Source of the DNA: an uncultured Roseivirgaceae bacterium
Lineage (GTDB): Bacteria; Bacteroidota; Bacteroidia; Cytophagales; Cyclobacteriaceae
Direction of reading: 5' to 3'
Assembly: GCA_964507705.1 (NCBI GenBank)
Contig: CAZDRA010000005.1
Span: 1,353 to 65,352 of the forward strand
Length of the DNA: 64,000 nucleotides
Position numbers and translations under genes: made by a program. Every line of letters starts with the position of its first letter. Position 1 is the first letter of the stretch. Of the stretch, positions 28,703-38,135 are shown in pieces. The notes below the pieces were generated by a model. The model was given only the letters and a program-made list of their open reading frames with translations, did not search any database and was not told the origin of the DNA.

Positions 28703-28732
28703 TTGACATTTTATATTTATTACATAATTTTG
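28703..28732 (+). promoter_or_regulatory. candidate Bacteroidota sigma-A promoter for greA (TTG ... TAATTTTG)
   Basis: TTG at 28703-28705 and TAATTTTG at 28725-28732 (TAnnTTTG consensus), 19 nt apart. This implies a leader of about 140 nt. Confidence 0.35.
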
Positions 28733-28825
28733 CGCTACATATCTGTAATAAATCTTATTTAAGTAATTTTTTGCCTTTCAGCATCTTTGCAGATTGTTTT
28801 TCGTAAATATATTATTAACTAATTT

Positions 28826-28860
28826 GCAACGGCTTCAGAGATGTGCCGTTCTTTTATTTT
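28826..28860 (+). terminator. terminator-like hairpin plus T-tract inside the greA leader
   Basis: aacggc-ttcagagatgt-gccgtt followed by cttttatttt, ending 20 nt before the greA ATG. The stem is weak (6 bp). Confidence 0.25.
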
Positions 28861-28880
28861 ATAAAAAACGTTATTCAAAA

Positions 28881-29354
28881 ATGTCAGAGATATCTTACTA
28901 TACAGAAAAAGGGCTTAAAAGATTAAAAGATGAGTTCAATTATCTTAAAACAACCGGTAGAACTGACATCGCCAAACAAATAGCTGAGGCTCGCGATAAA
29001 GGAGATTTAAGTGAAAACGCAGAATACGATGCCGCTAAAGATGCTCAAGGGCTTTTGGAATTGAAAATTGCCAAACTGGGAGTGGTAGTTGGAAATGCCA
29101 GGGTGATGGATGAAAAAAATATTGACATATCAAAAGCTTCTGTACTTGCAAAAGTTAAAATCAAAAATAAAAAAAACGGAGCTTCCATGACCTATACATT
29201 GGTATCTGAGGAAGAGGCAGATCTGAAAAGCGGAAAAATATCAATACAATCTCCAATTGGAAAAGGGTTGTTGGGCAAAAAGGTAGGCGAGGTAGCTGTA
29301 ATTCAAATTCCAGCGGGCAAGGTAGAATTTGAAATCCAGGACATATCGCTTTAA
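28881..29354 (+). CDS. greA: transcription elongation factor GreA
   Basis: I place the start at ATG 28881 (MSEISYYTEKGLKRLKDEF). The acidic-tip region is ARDKGDLSENAEYDAAKD. 157 aa. Confidence 0.9.
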   Translation: MSEISYYTEKGLKRLKDEFNYLKTTGRTDIAKQIAEARDKGDLSENAEYDAAKDAQGLLELKIAKLGVVVGNARVMDEKNIDISKASVLAKVKIKNKKNGASMTYTLVSEEEADLKSGKISIQSPIGKGLLGKKVGEVAVIQIPAGKVEFEIQDISL

Positions 29355-29750
29355 ATGAGCAGTATATTTACAAAAATTATTGAAAGGCACATCCCTGCAC
29401 ACATCATTGCTGAGGATAATGAAAATATTGCTTTTCTGGATATTAATCCTCTTTCTGTTGGGCATACGCTAATTATACCAAAAAAAGAAATTGATTACAT
29501 TTTTGACTTGGACGATGAGACCTACACCTCATTAAATAAATTTGCCAAAAAAGTTGCCATAGCTATAAAGAAGGTTGTAGGCAAAAGAATTGGCACTGCC
29601 GTAATTGGAATTGAAGTACCTCATGCACATATCCATTTGATTCCTTTTGCAAAAATGTCGGAACTCAATTTTGCAAATCCAAAATTGAAACTTTCGAATG
29701 AGGAATTGGCAGAAACAGCTGCAAAAATTTCTGCGGCATTTACCAATTGA
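29355..29750 (+). CDS. HIT-family (histidine triad) nucleotide hydrolase
   Basis: Histidine triad VPHAHIHLIP. The start codon directly abuts the greA stop. Confidence 0.85.
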   Translation: MSSIFTKIIERHIPAHIIAEDNENIAFLDINPLSVGHTLIIPKKEIDYIFDLDDETYTSLNKFAKKVAIAIKKVVGKRIGTAVIGIEVPHAHIHLIPFAKMSELNFANPKLKLSNEELAETAAKISAAFTN

Positions 29751-29814
29751 TAAAAGATATTGTCCGTTTATTTTACTAATCTGTGGTAATTTAATAATTA
29801 CTCCATTTTGATCC

Positions 29815-30378
29815 TCACTTCAATCTTCCTGGGTTTTCTGTGATAAATGAAGCCCAGCTTTTCGTCTTATTTGCTTTAGAATTACCATTGTAATAATGGC
29901 AAAGTGCTACTGCGAGAGCATCTGTAGCATCAAATAATTTCGGATCTCCCTCAATGTTAAGTATAGATTTCAACATGCTGGCTACCTGCTCTTTTGAAGC
30001 ATTTCCATTTCCGGTAACTGATTGTTTGACTTTTTTTGGAGCATATTCTGCAATAGGGATCTCTTTAGATAAGGCCGCCGCCATAGCTACTCCCTGCGCC
30101 CTGCCAAGCTTTAACATAGATTGTATATTTTTTCCATAAAACGGAGCCTCAAGTGCTACCTCATCAGGACTAAAATCTTCAATAATACTTAATACTCTTT
30201 CAAATATTTTCTTGAGTTTTAGTTCATGTGTCGAATACTTGGACAAATGGATTACGCCATACTGGATAATATTCAACTTACTACCTCTTATCAATAATAC
30301 CCCATAACCCATGACACTTGTACCCGGGTCCATACCGAGAATAATTTTTTCCTTTGGGGAATTTGATTTGATCTTCAC
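29815..30378 (-). CDS. ruvC: crossover junction endodeoxyribonuclease RuvC
   Basis: ILGMDPGTSVMGYGVL N terminus and FDATDALAVALCHY C-terminal catalytic region. Confidence 0.9.
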   Translation of the reverse strand: MKIKSNSPKEKIILGMDPGTSVMGYGVLLIRGSKLNIIQYGVIHLSKYSTHELKLKKIFERVLSIIEDFSPDEVALEAPFYGKNIQSMLKLGRAQGVAMAAALSKEIPIAEYAPKKVKQSVTGNGNASKEQVASMLKSILNIEGDPKLFDATDALAVALCHYYNGNSKANKTKSWASFITENPGRLK

Positions 30379-30443
30379 CAGCGTCGAATATTAAATACAC
30401 TATGTGCCCAAAATTGATCAATCCTATATAATTTTACACGCAT

Positions 30444-31583
30444 ATGGTGTTATATTTTTTTATAATTTTCTCAATGTATTTTATTTTCCTACTGATCTTG
30501 TTGTATGGATGGAATAGGTCTATTAGTCAGCCATTGAGTACCAGTTCTGTATCCAACCCTCTGTTCATATCAGTGATTGTCGCAGTAAGAAATGAAGATG
30601 AAAATATCCTCAGGTTATTAAACTGTCTGTCGCTACAGTCATACCCCAAGGAAAAATATGAGGTTATCATTGTTGATGATCATTCCACAGACCATACTGT
30701 ATCGAAAATCCAAGGTTTTAAAAAGTCACAAAATTTTAATCTAAGATTATTAAAAAGTGAGCACAAGAATCTAAAAGAAATTACCCCAAAAAAGGCCGCC
30801 CTTCAGCAAGGTATTGATTCCGCCAAAGGAGATGTTATTATGATGACAGATGGCGATTGTTGGTTTGGTGAGGATTGGATCCAGTCATTTTCTTTGGCCT
30901 TTTATAATGATTCAATCAAGTTTGTGGCAGGCATGGTAGCCATAGAGGTTAATATTACGATGCTATCTAAAATCCAATCAATTGAATTTTCTAGCCTTAT
31001 TGGCACTGGAGGTGCGTTAATTAATCTTAATTATCCATTGATGTGCAATGGTGCCAACCTCGCATTTCGAAAAGAGGTGTTTTATGAAGTTGATGGTTAT
31101 TCAGGATATGAAAATAACTCTTCGGGAGATGACGTTTTTCTGATGCAAAAAATAAACAATAATTATAAAAATTCCATTGCCTTTATTAATGACCACCGAG
31201 CGGTAGTTTACACTTTTCCTCAGCCATCATTTTCGACATTGTTACACCAAAGGAAAAGATGGGCCTCAAAATGGCACAAATATCCATTGGTGTTTAGCTG
31301 GCTTATTCCAGTATTTCTCTTTATTCATTACCTCTCTTTTATTGCAATAATTTTGATGGCTATTATTTCTGTACAATTTATGTTTTTGGCTGTTTCGCTT
31401 ATCATGGTCAAAATTATTTTGGATGGGGTATTTCTTAGAAAGGTAATGAAAATATGTAAATTGAAATTTGAGTTTTTTACATTCTTATTAAGTGAAGTCA
31501 TTTATCCATTTTATGCTATCATTATTGGAATATCAGTCCAATTTGGAAAGTATGAATGGAAAGGCAGGTCGTACAAAATATAG
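30444..31583 (+). CDS. processive family-2 glycosyltransferase (membrane-embedded polysaccharide synthase type)
   Basis: N- and C-terminal TM helices. Motifs VIIVDDHSTD, MTDGDCW (DxD), GDDVFL and the processive-GT2 signature QRKRW (Q-x-x-R-W). Confidence 0.8.
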   Translation: MVLYFFIIFSMYFIFLLILLYGWNRSISQPLSTSSVSNPLFISVIVAVRNEDENILRLLNCLSLQSYPKEKYEVIIVDDHSTDHTVSKIQGFKKSQNFNLRLLKSEHKNLKEITPKKAALQQGIDSAKGDVIMMTDGDCWFGEDWIQSFSLAFYNDSIKFVAGMVAIEVNITMLSKIQSIEFSSLIGTGGALINLNYPLMCNGANLAFRKEVFYEVDGYSGYENNSSGDDVFLMQKINNNYKNSIAFINDHRAVVYTFPQPSFSTLLHQRKRWASKWHKYPLVFSWLIPVFLFIHYLSFIAIILMAIISVQFMFLAVSLIMVKIILDGVFLRKVMKICKLKFEFFTFLLSEVIYPFYAIIIGISVQFGKYEWKGRSYKI

Positions 31584-31604
31584 ACAATAGAAAGTGAAAT
31601 TAGT

Positions 31605-31862
31605 ATGAGCGATAACGAATTCGATTTAATTGATGAATTATATTTCATTAGTTCTTACTCAAGCCTGGATAAAGCAATTGATATTAATGGTGAAATATTA
31701 AAATCAACACTTATCAATGTACTCAAAAAAGGTTGGGTAAATTGTTACGTTTCGCCAATAGATAAAATTGGGTTTGATATTAAATTATTTGAAAAGGATT
31801 ATCGTAAATATCACTATCTTGCCACCAAAGCAGGGCTCCTGGCCCATAATAGTAAATTTTGA
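31605..31862 (+). CDS. small hypothetical protein
   Basis: 85-aa ORF. Its stop overlaps the start of the downstream permease gene. I recognise no domain. Confidence 0.45.
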   Translation: MSDNEFDLIDELYFISSYSSLDKAIDINGEILKSTLINVLKKGWVNCYVSPIDKIGFDIKLFEKDYRKYHYLATKAGLLAHNSKF

Positions 31863-33085
31863 TGAGCGATACAGACGCTAAATCTCCTGGTTATTACCTA
31901 CGAAACAGGCTTAAGCAAAATAAGCCGGCCATGTATGGCCTTTTTGTAATATCTGCCTCATTTATAATTTCCTTACTCGGTTATTTGGTTATGCAGGACA
32001 GCACCCCTAATGCAAATGATGGTGCAGTGCAAATCCAAAAACAAGCTCCTGGATTTGAAGTGACTTTTTTGAAAATAAGAAAGAACAGGAATATCGAACA
32101 GGTTAATATATTTCAGAAAATATTATATGGCCAGGAGAGCCAGTTTATGATTGTGCCAATTAAGAAGTGTGAAATTGACAGCCTTACAGTAAAAGTAAGC
32201 GTATTTGGAAAAATAAATTATATAAAAGAATATGATCTGCTTGATGTCGTAAAGTCTAAAAACCAAAATAGTTACCAAATGAATAAGGGTGCTGGCAGTG
32301 AGTTAGCTATTAATTATACAAACCTGCTGGATGTTGAGGAGGTGATTTTGTATGAGGATCTACTAAATGAGTTTTGGGCCAATAATATTGAATCAAGAAA
32401 ATACTGGTTGGGCACAGATAAAATGGGAAGAGATATGCTCAGCAGACTTTTATTTGGAATCAGGATTTCGCTATCCATAGGTACAATTTCAGTACTTATT
32501 TCTATGTTGTTGGGTATGTCGCTTGGGGCAATCGCGGGTTTTTTTGGTGGGAAAATTGATATGTTTATACTTTGGTTTATGTCTGTCATTTGGTCAATTC
32601 CTGGAATTATTCTGGTAATATCAATAAGTATGGCGCTGCAAAGCCGAGGTGTCTGGGTGGCTTTTGTTGCAGTGGGTCTTACAATGTGGGTAGAGGTTGC
32701 TCGCGTGATGAGAGGACAAATAATGGCAATTAAAGAAAAGCAGTATATCGAGGCTGCCAGAGCATTTGGCAATAAAAATTTCAGGATTATAATTGTACAT
32801 ATATTACCAAATATAGCGGGTCCATTAATTGTAATTGCGACAGCTAATTTTGCTGCTGCGATTCTTTTGGAGGCTGGGTTGAGTTTTCTTGGCTTAGGAG
32901 TCCAGCCTCCAACGCCTTCTTGGGGAGTTATGATTTATGAAGGATTTCAAGCTATAGGCACAAAAAATAGTTTGCATCTTATTTTATTTCCTGGTCTGGC
33001 GATTTGTATTTTAGTATTATCATTCAATTTGTTGGGCAACGGGCTTCGAGATGCCTATGACCCAAAAACACTTATAGATAGATGA
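31859..33085 (+). CDS. OppC/DppC-type ABC transporter permease with a ~150-aa extracytoplasmic insert (orphan)
   Basis: Binding-protein-dependent transport inner-membrane component. EAA-loop region YIEAARAFGNKNFRIIIVHILPN and C terminus LGNGLRDAYDPK. Confidence 0.8.
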   Translation: MMSDTDAKSPGYYLRNRLKQNKPAMYGLFVISASFIISLLGYLVMQDSTPNANDGAVQIQKQAPGFEVTFLKIRKNRNIEQVNIFQKILYGQESQFMIVPIKKCEIDSLTVKVSVFGKINYIKEYDLLDVVKSKNQNSYQMNKGAGSELAINYTNLLDVEEVILYEDLLNEFWANNIESRKYWLGTDKMGRDMLSRLLFGIRISLSIGTISVLISMLLGMSLGAIAGFFGGKIDMFILWFMSVIWSIPGIILVISISMALQSRGVWVAFVAVGLTMWVEVARVMRGQIMAIKEKQYIEAARAFGNKNFRIIIVHILPNIAGPLIVIATANFAAAILLEAGLSFLGLGVQPPTPSWGVMIYEGFQAIGTKNSLHLILFPGLAICILVLSFNLLGNGLRDAYDPKTLIDR

Positions 33086-34302
33086 CTAACGAGTTAGCAT
33101 TAAAGGCTAAATTTGATTTAAAGGAACTGGAGTTAAATTCCTTACTAGAGGTTACGCAGGCAATCAACAATAATTTGTCAGAGGAATCTTTGTATAAGAT
33201 TTATAATTTCACAATTCGAGCAAATCTTAAAATTAAAAAGCTGGCACTCTTTGTGCTGGACGAGACTTGGGAATGTAAGGTAAATTTTGGCACAGAGGTT
33301 AGCTTTTCTGAGCAAAAATTTGAAGATCGATTTCTGAACTGCAATAACATTCAAAGAATCTCGCAGTTTAAAAACTCGCCCTTTAACGAATTTCAGAAAG
33401 TTGTATCTATCGCTCATAAAGATAAAAAGCTAGCATTTGTATTTATTAGTGGATTTGAAAGTAAAGATAACAGAGAGATCAATACTGATTTTATTCAGGC
33501 CATAAGTAATATCATCATTGTAGCCATAGAAAATAAGAAACTGGTCAGAAAGCAGATAGAGCAAGAAATGTTAAGGCGGGAGTTGAAGATAGCTGAGAAT
33601 GTTCAGAAATTTTTATTTCCAAAAGTTCTCCCCAACAATGACGAAATAAAGGTTGCCGCTTTTTACCAACCACATCATAGTATTGGAGGAGATTATTACG
33701 ATTTTATAAATATTGATAAAAATCAGGTATTGTTTTGTATTGCCGATGTTTCAGGGAAAGGAATTCCTGCCGCTTTATTAATGTCTAATTTTCAAGCCTC
33801 CCTACGAACGCTTTCAAGACAAACATCTTTATTGCAAGAGATAGTTACAGAGCTAAATTATCTTGTGATGTCCAATGCTGAAGGGCAGCATTTCATAACA
33901 TTTTTTATAGCTATTTATGACAAAAAAAATAAAAGATTGAAATATGTAAATTCCGGACACAATCCTCCGATCTTGGTAAGAAGTAAAAATGATATAGAAT
34001 TTTTGAAGGAGGGTTCAACGGTTCTTGGTGGATTTAAAGAACTTCCTTTTTTGAACGTGGGAATAATTGAGAATATTGAGGAATTTTTATTTTGCAGCTT
34101 TACAGATGGACTTACGGAGATTTCCAATTCCAAAGGTGAAGAATTTGGCGAATCGAAAATATTGAATATTGTCAGGAAAAATATTGATCAGGAACCGTTA
34201 GAATTGAATTCTTCGATAGTTGATGCTATGAAAGTTTTTAAAGGCGAGAACAGTTTTAAAGATGATATTACACTATTAACTTGCAAAGTGAAGTCTAAAT
34301 AG
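33082..34302 (+). CDS. GAF-like sensor domain plus PP2C/SpoIIE-family serine phosphatase
   Basis: PP2C motifs SIGGDYYDF, CIADVSGKGIPAALLM and FTDGLTE. ATGA overlap with the upstream permease gene. Confidence 0.8.
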   Translation: MTNELALKAKFDLKELELNSLLEVTQAINNNLSEESLYKIYNFTIRANLKIKKLALFVLDETWECKVNFGTEVSFSEQKFEDRFLNCNNIQRISQFKNSPFNEFQKVVSIAHKDKKLAFVFISGFESKDNREINTDFIQAISNIIIVAIENKKLVRKQIEQEMLRRELKIAENVQKFLFPKVLPNNDEIKVAAFYQPHHSIGGDYYDFINIDKNQVLFCIADVSGKGIPAALLMSNFQASLRTLSRQTSLLQEIVTELNYLVMSNAEGQHFITFFIAIYDKKNKRLKYVNSGHNPPILVRSKNDIEFLKEGSTVLGGFKELPFLNVGIIENIEEFLFCSFTDGLTEISNSKGEEFGESKILNIVRKNIDQEPLELNSSIVDAMKVFKGENSFKDDITLLTCKVKSK

Positions 34303-34342
34303 AGCTTGTCGACAAACTCTAATAATTGTAACCAATATTTTA

Positions 34343-34993
34343 TTGCTACACTTTTATAAAACGCCTAAGATTTTTAAATATTTTTCAAGTGACCTACTTT
34401 GGGATATTCCAGTCAAATCAAATGAAATTTATTTGACTTTTGACGATGGCCCAATCCCGGGTCTAACGGACTATGTGCTTGATGTGCTTGACGAATTTGA
34501 TGCAAAATCTACTTTTTTTTGCGTTGGGGAAAACATGCTAAAATATCCATCAATTTGTAGTAGAATAGTTGAAAAAGAGCATCTGGTTGGTAATCATACT
34601 TTTCATCATTTAAAAGGTTGGACGACAAAAACAATAAATTATATCAAGGATGTTGATAAATGTCAAAGAATAATTTCAACGCACCAAAAATTAAATGGAG
34701 TGCCTTTATTTAGACCTCCGTATGGTAAAATTACCACCAAACAAATCAATAAACTTCGAGCAAATTACAAAATAATAATGTGGGATATATTAGCATATGA
34801 TTTTGCCAAGGACCATAATCCGAAAAAAAGTTTAAGGAAAATTATAGATAAGACAAGACCAGGTTCGATTGTTGTTTTTCATGACAATTACAAAGCTGAA
34901 CACAAGTTGAAATACATGCTTCCGAAATATTTACGTCATTTTAAGGATAAAGGGTTTGCCTTTAAAAAATTAGACTCTTTTCCAATCAAATGA
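34343..34993 (+). CDS. polysaccharide deacetylase (NodB homology domain), TTG start
   Basis: NodB motifs LTFDDGP, GNHTFHH and RPPYG. Confidence 0.8.
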   Translation: MLHFYKTPKIFKYFSSDLLWDIPVKSNEIYLTFDDGPIPGLTDYVLDVLDEFDAKSTFFCVGENMLKYPSICSRIVEKEHLVGNHTFHHLKGWTTKTINYIKDVDKCQRIISTHQKLNGVPLFRPPYGKITTKQINKLRANYKIIMWDILAYDFAKDHNPKKSLRKIIDKTRPGSIVVFHDNYKAEHKLKYMLPKYLRHFKDKGFAFKKLDSFPIK

Positions 34994-35088
34994 TTCAATA
35001 AATTGTTAATAAGATTGTTTCTTTTCAGAGTCTTGGTAAGGGGAATAATGTTTTAATTATCAAGAAATACTATCAATTATTTATAACA

Positions 35089-35865
35089 ATGAATTTAATC
35101 GACACACATGCCCACATATATCTTCCTGAATTCAAGAACGATATAGAAGAGGTAATCGCAAACTCAAAAGCGTCTGGGATAGAAAAAATATTTATGCCTA
35201 ATATAGATTTGCGATCCATTGAGAGCATGCTGACAATAGAAAATAAGCACAAGGGGTATTGCTATTCTATGTTGGGTCTTCATCCATGCCATATAAAAGA
35301 CAATTATAAAAAGGACCTTAAAATCATCAAATCTTGGTTTGAGAAGCATAGTTTTTGCGCAATAGGAGAAATCGGAATTGACTTGCACTGGGACAAATCG
35401 AATATCAACGAACAAATCTCGGCTTTTGAAACGCAAATTAACTGGGCAAAGGAATTAAATTTACCCATTGTCATCCATTGTAGATCGTCAATAGATATGA
35501 CAATTGAAATTGTAAAAAAACATCAAGACGGTAATTTAACTGGCATTTTCCACTGTTTTATTGGAGATAAAGAACACTCAAAAAAAATAATTGATCTTAA
35601 TTTTTTGTTGGGGATTGGAGGAGTTGCAACTTTTAAAAATGGAGGTTTAGATAAAGTAATTCCTGATATAGAATTGAAAAACATTGTGTTAGAAACTGAC
35701 AGTCCCTATCTGACACCGATTCCTTATCGCGGAAAAAGAAATGTCCCTTCATATTTGTCTCTAATAGCCAATAGAATTGCCGAGTTAAAAAATTGTGACT
35801 CAGAAGAGGTAGCTCATGAAACCAGTAAAAATGCTAAAGCTATATTTTTAAGTAGAAATGCATAA
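35089..35865 (+). CDS. TatD-family metal-dependent hydrolase/DNase
   Basis: LIDTHAH N-terminal metal motif, EIGIDLHW, VIHCR and ETDSPYL. Confidence 0.9.
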   Translation: MNLIDTHAHIYLPEFKNDIEEVIANSKASGIEKIFMPNIDLRSIESMLTIENKHKGYCYSMLGLHPCHIKDNYKKDLKIIKSWFEKHSFCAIGEIGIDLHWDKSNINEQISAFETQINWAKELNLPIVIHCRSSIDMTIEIVKKHQDGNLTGIFHCFIGDKEHSKKIIDLNFLLGIGGVATFKNGGLDKVIPDIELKNIVLETDSPYLTPIPYRGKRNVPSYLSLIANRIAELKNCDSEEVAHETSKNAKAIFLSRNA

Positions 35866-36161
35866 TACAATTGATTTTAAATTTATAAACATATGTATCG
35901 GCAATATTATACGATTGGCTCATTTTCTTACCCATCGAAGAAATATTTTTCTTTTTAATAGTTGGTGCAAATAGAAAAAAATTGCCAAACTTGTGTTTCT
36001 TAATGGTTCAAAAAGCTGCTTTATTACTAATAAACAACAATTGTTAATCATTTTGAGTAAAAAATTACCAATATTAAAATGTTCTAAAATATATTTTTAA
36101 AATTTGGATTAAGTGATAATTATTGATTTATTTGTGCGTCCAAGGATCATACGTTGGCCTT

Positions 36162-36249
36162 GGAGAGGTGACCGAGTGGCCGATGGTGCTCGCTTGGAAA
36201 GCGAGTGTGCCCCACAAGGGTACCGGGGGTTCGAATCCCTTCCTCTCCG
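36162..36249 (+). tRNA. tRNA-Ser (anticodon GGA)
   Basis: Hand-folded cloverleaf. Acceptor GGAGAGG/CCTCTCC, anticodon stem CTCGC/GCGAG with loop TTGGAAA, a long class-II variable arm, and T-loop GTTCGAATC. CCA is not encoded. Confidence 0.85.
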
Positions 36250-36326
36250 CAGTTAAGATACTTTAAAAACTAAGATTTTAATTATTAATTATAACCATAT
36301 AAGTATAGAATTCTAAAGTCTGAACT

Positions 36327-37151
36327 ATGAAAAAGTTAATTATTTTATTGTTGGCAACAGGAGTTATGTCTCTCAGTATATCAGCCAATTCTTTTGCTCA
36401 AGATGCTGGTGGAGATTCGACACAAGCCGTTGCAGATACTATCCAACAAGAAGCCATTGCAGAACCTGTCCAACAAGAAGAAGTAGTTGAAGAAGAGTCC
36501 CTAATTGAAGAAGAGCAATCTTTCCATCAGGTTGTTAAAGAACAATTTATTGCAGGAGGCTGGGAATTTATGTCTGTTGTACTTATATGCTTGATTCTGG
36601 GTCTTGCAATTGCTATAGAAAGAATCATTACCCTAAACTTAGCCACTACAAATACCAAAAAATTATTGGCGAGAGTAGATGAGGCTCTTTCTAAAGATGG
36701 TGTTGATGGAGCAAAAGAAGTTTGCAAAAACACAAGAGGACCCGTGGCGTCAATATTTACTCAAGGCTTATTAAGAATGTCTGAGGGTGTTGAAATGGTT
36801 GAGAAGTCTATTATAGCTTATGGATCTGTTGAAATGGGAAAATTGGAAAAAGGTTTGGTTTGGATATCTCTTTTCATATCAATTGCTCCAATGCTTGGTT
36901 TCATGGGAACAGTAATAGGTATGATTGGAGCTTTTGACGCTATTGCTGCGGCAAACGATATTAACCCAGCGCTTGTTGCCGGTGGTATCAAGGTTGCACT
37001 TTTAACAACTGTAGGCGGGTTGATTGTTGCAGTAATTTTGCAACTATTTTACAACTATTGTGTCACGAAAATTGACGCACTTGTTAACCAAATGGAAGAC
37101 GCTTCAATTTCTTTAGTCGACATATTGGTGAAACACAATTTATCTAAATAA
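36327..37151 (+). CDS. exbB: MotA/TolQ/ExbB proton-channel protein with an acidic N-terminal extension
   Basis: Signal peptide, an acidic Q/E-rich stretch, then the 3-TM MotA_ExbB core (FISIAPMLGFMGTVIGMIGAF). Confidence 0.85.
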   Translation: MKKLIILLLATGVMSLSISANSFAQDAGGDSTQAVADTIQQEAIAEPVQQEEVVEEESLIEEEQSFHQVVKEQFIAGGWEFMSVVLICLILGLAIAIERIITLNLATTNTKKLLARVDEALSKDGVDGAKEVCKNTRGPVASIFTQGLLRMSEGVEMVEKSIIAYGSVEMGKLEKGLVWISLFISIAPMLGFMGTVIGMIGAFDAIAAANDINPALVAGGIKVALLTTVGGLIVAVILQLFYNYCVTKIDALVNQMEDASISLVDILVKHNLSK

Positions 37152-37178
37152 TTTAACTCATTTTAACTAGAATTACGA

Positions 37179-37502
37179 ATGGATTCATTTGATATATTTC
37201 TTTATTTGGGTTACACTTTGGTGATTGTTGCTACTATTGCTGCGATTTTTTTGCCTCTAGTAAGCGCATTTGGAAACCCTCAAAGTTTATTAAAATCAGG
37301 GATAGGAGTACTCTTTATAATTGCACTTTACTTTATTTCATACGCATTTTCTGGCAGTGAGGTGACTATAGAATATTCAAAGTTTGATGTCGGTCCTGAA
37401 TTGTCTAAAATTGTCGGTGGCACATTGATAATGGCCTATCTATTACTAGGATTTGCGATAGTTGGTATTTTATATACAGAATTTAATAAAATATTTAGAT
37501 AA
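37179..37502 (+). CDS. small 3-TM membrane protein of the ExbB/ExbD cluster
   Basis: 107-aa hydrophobic ORF tightly packed between exbB and exbD. Confidence 0.5.
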   Translation: MDSFDIFLYLGYTLVIVATIAAIFLPLVSAFGNPQSLLKSGIGVLFIIALYFISYAFSGSEVTIEYSKFDVGPELSKIVGGTLIMAYLLLGFAIVGILYTEFNKIFR

Positions 37503-38134
37503 TGGCTAGATCAGGCAGAAAATTACCTGAAATCAACTCAAGTTCCATGGCGGATATTGCGTTCTTGTTGTTGGTCTTTTTTCTTGTAACTACCACAATA
37601 GCTACAGATAAGGGATTAACATTAACTCTACCACCAAAACCGGATCCGAACGAACCTCCTCCAGACATTACAAAAAACCAGAGAAATATTTTTAAGATTC
37701 TTGTAAATTCATCGGATAGGATATTAGTAGAGGATGAGCCATTGACAGATGTAACAAAACTGCGATCTATGGTAAAGGAGTTTGTTATGAATTTTGGAAA
37801 GATTGATGAAGAAGCACAAATTCTATATAATTCTCTTCCGCAATCATTGAAAGCTATTTCTTTAAAAAATAAGATATCATCAGACAATCCTAAAGAAGCA
37901 GTAGTTTCGTTAAAAGCAGATAGAGGTACAAGTTATGAAGTGTACATTGCTATAATAGATGAGCTTCAAGGTGCATATTATGAAATTTATGGAGAAAGGA
38001 TAGGTATTACTGCTGATGATTTTAGATCACTTGATAGAAAGAAACCTGATGAACTTGAAAAGTACAAGCTTGCGAGGCAAGGAATCGGTATGAATATTTC
38101 AATTGCAGAACCTACAAAAATAGGAGGTAATTAA
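37502..38134 (+). CDS. exbD: ExbD/TolR-family biopolymer transport protein
   Basis: N-terminal SSMADIAFLLLVFFLVTT TM helix, typical of ExbD/TolR. Confidence 0.8.
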   Translation: MARSGRKLPEINSSSMADIAFLLLVFFLVTTTIATDKGLTLTLPPKPDPNEPPPDITKNQRNIFKILVNSSDRILVEDEPLTDVTKLRSMVKEFVMNFGKIDEEAQILYNSLPQSLKAISLKNKISSDNPKEAVVSLKADRGTSYEVYIAIIDELQGAYYEIYGERIGITADDFRSLDRKKPDELEKYKLARQGIGMNISIAEPTKIGGN

Positions 38135-38135
38135 T

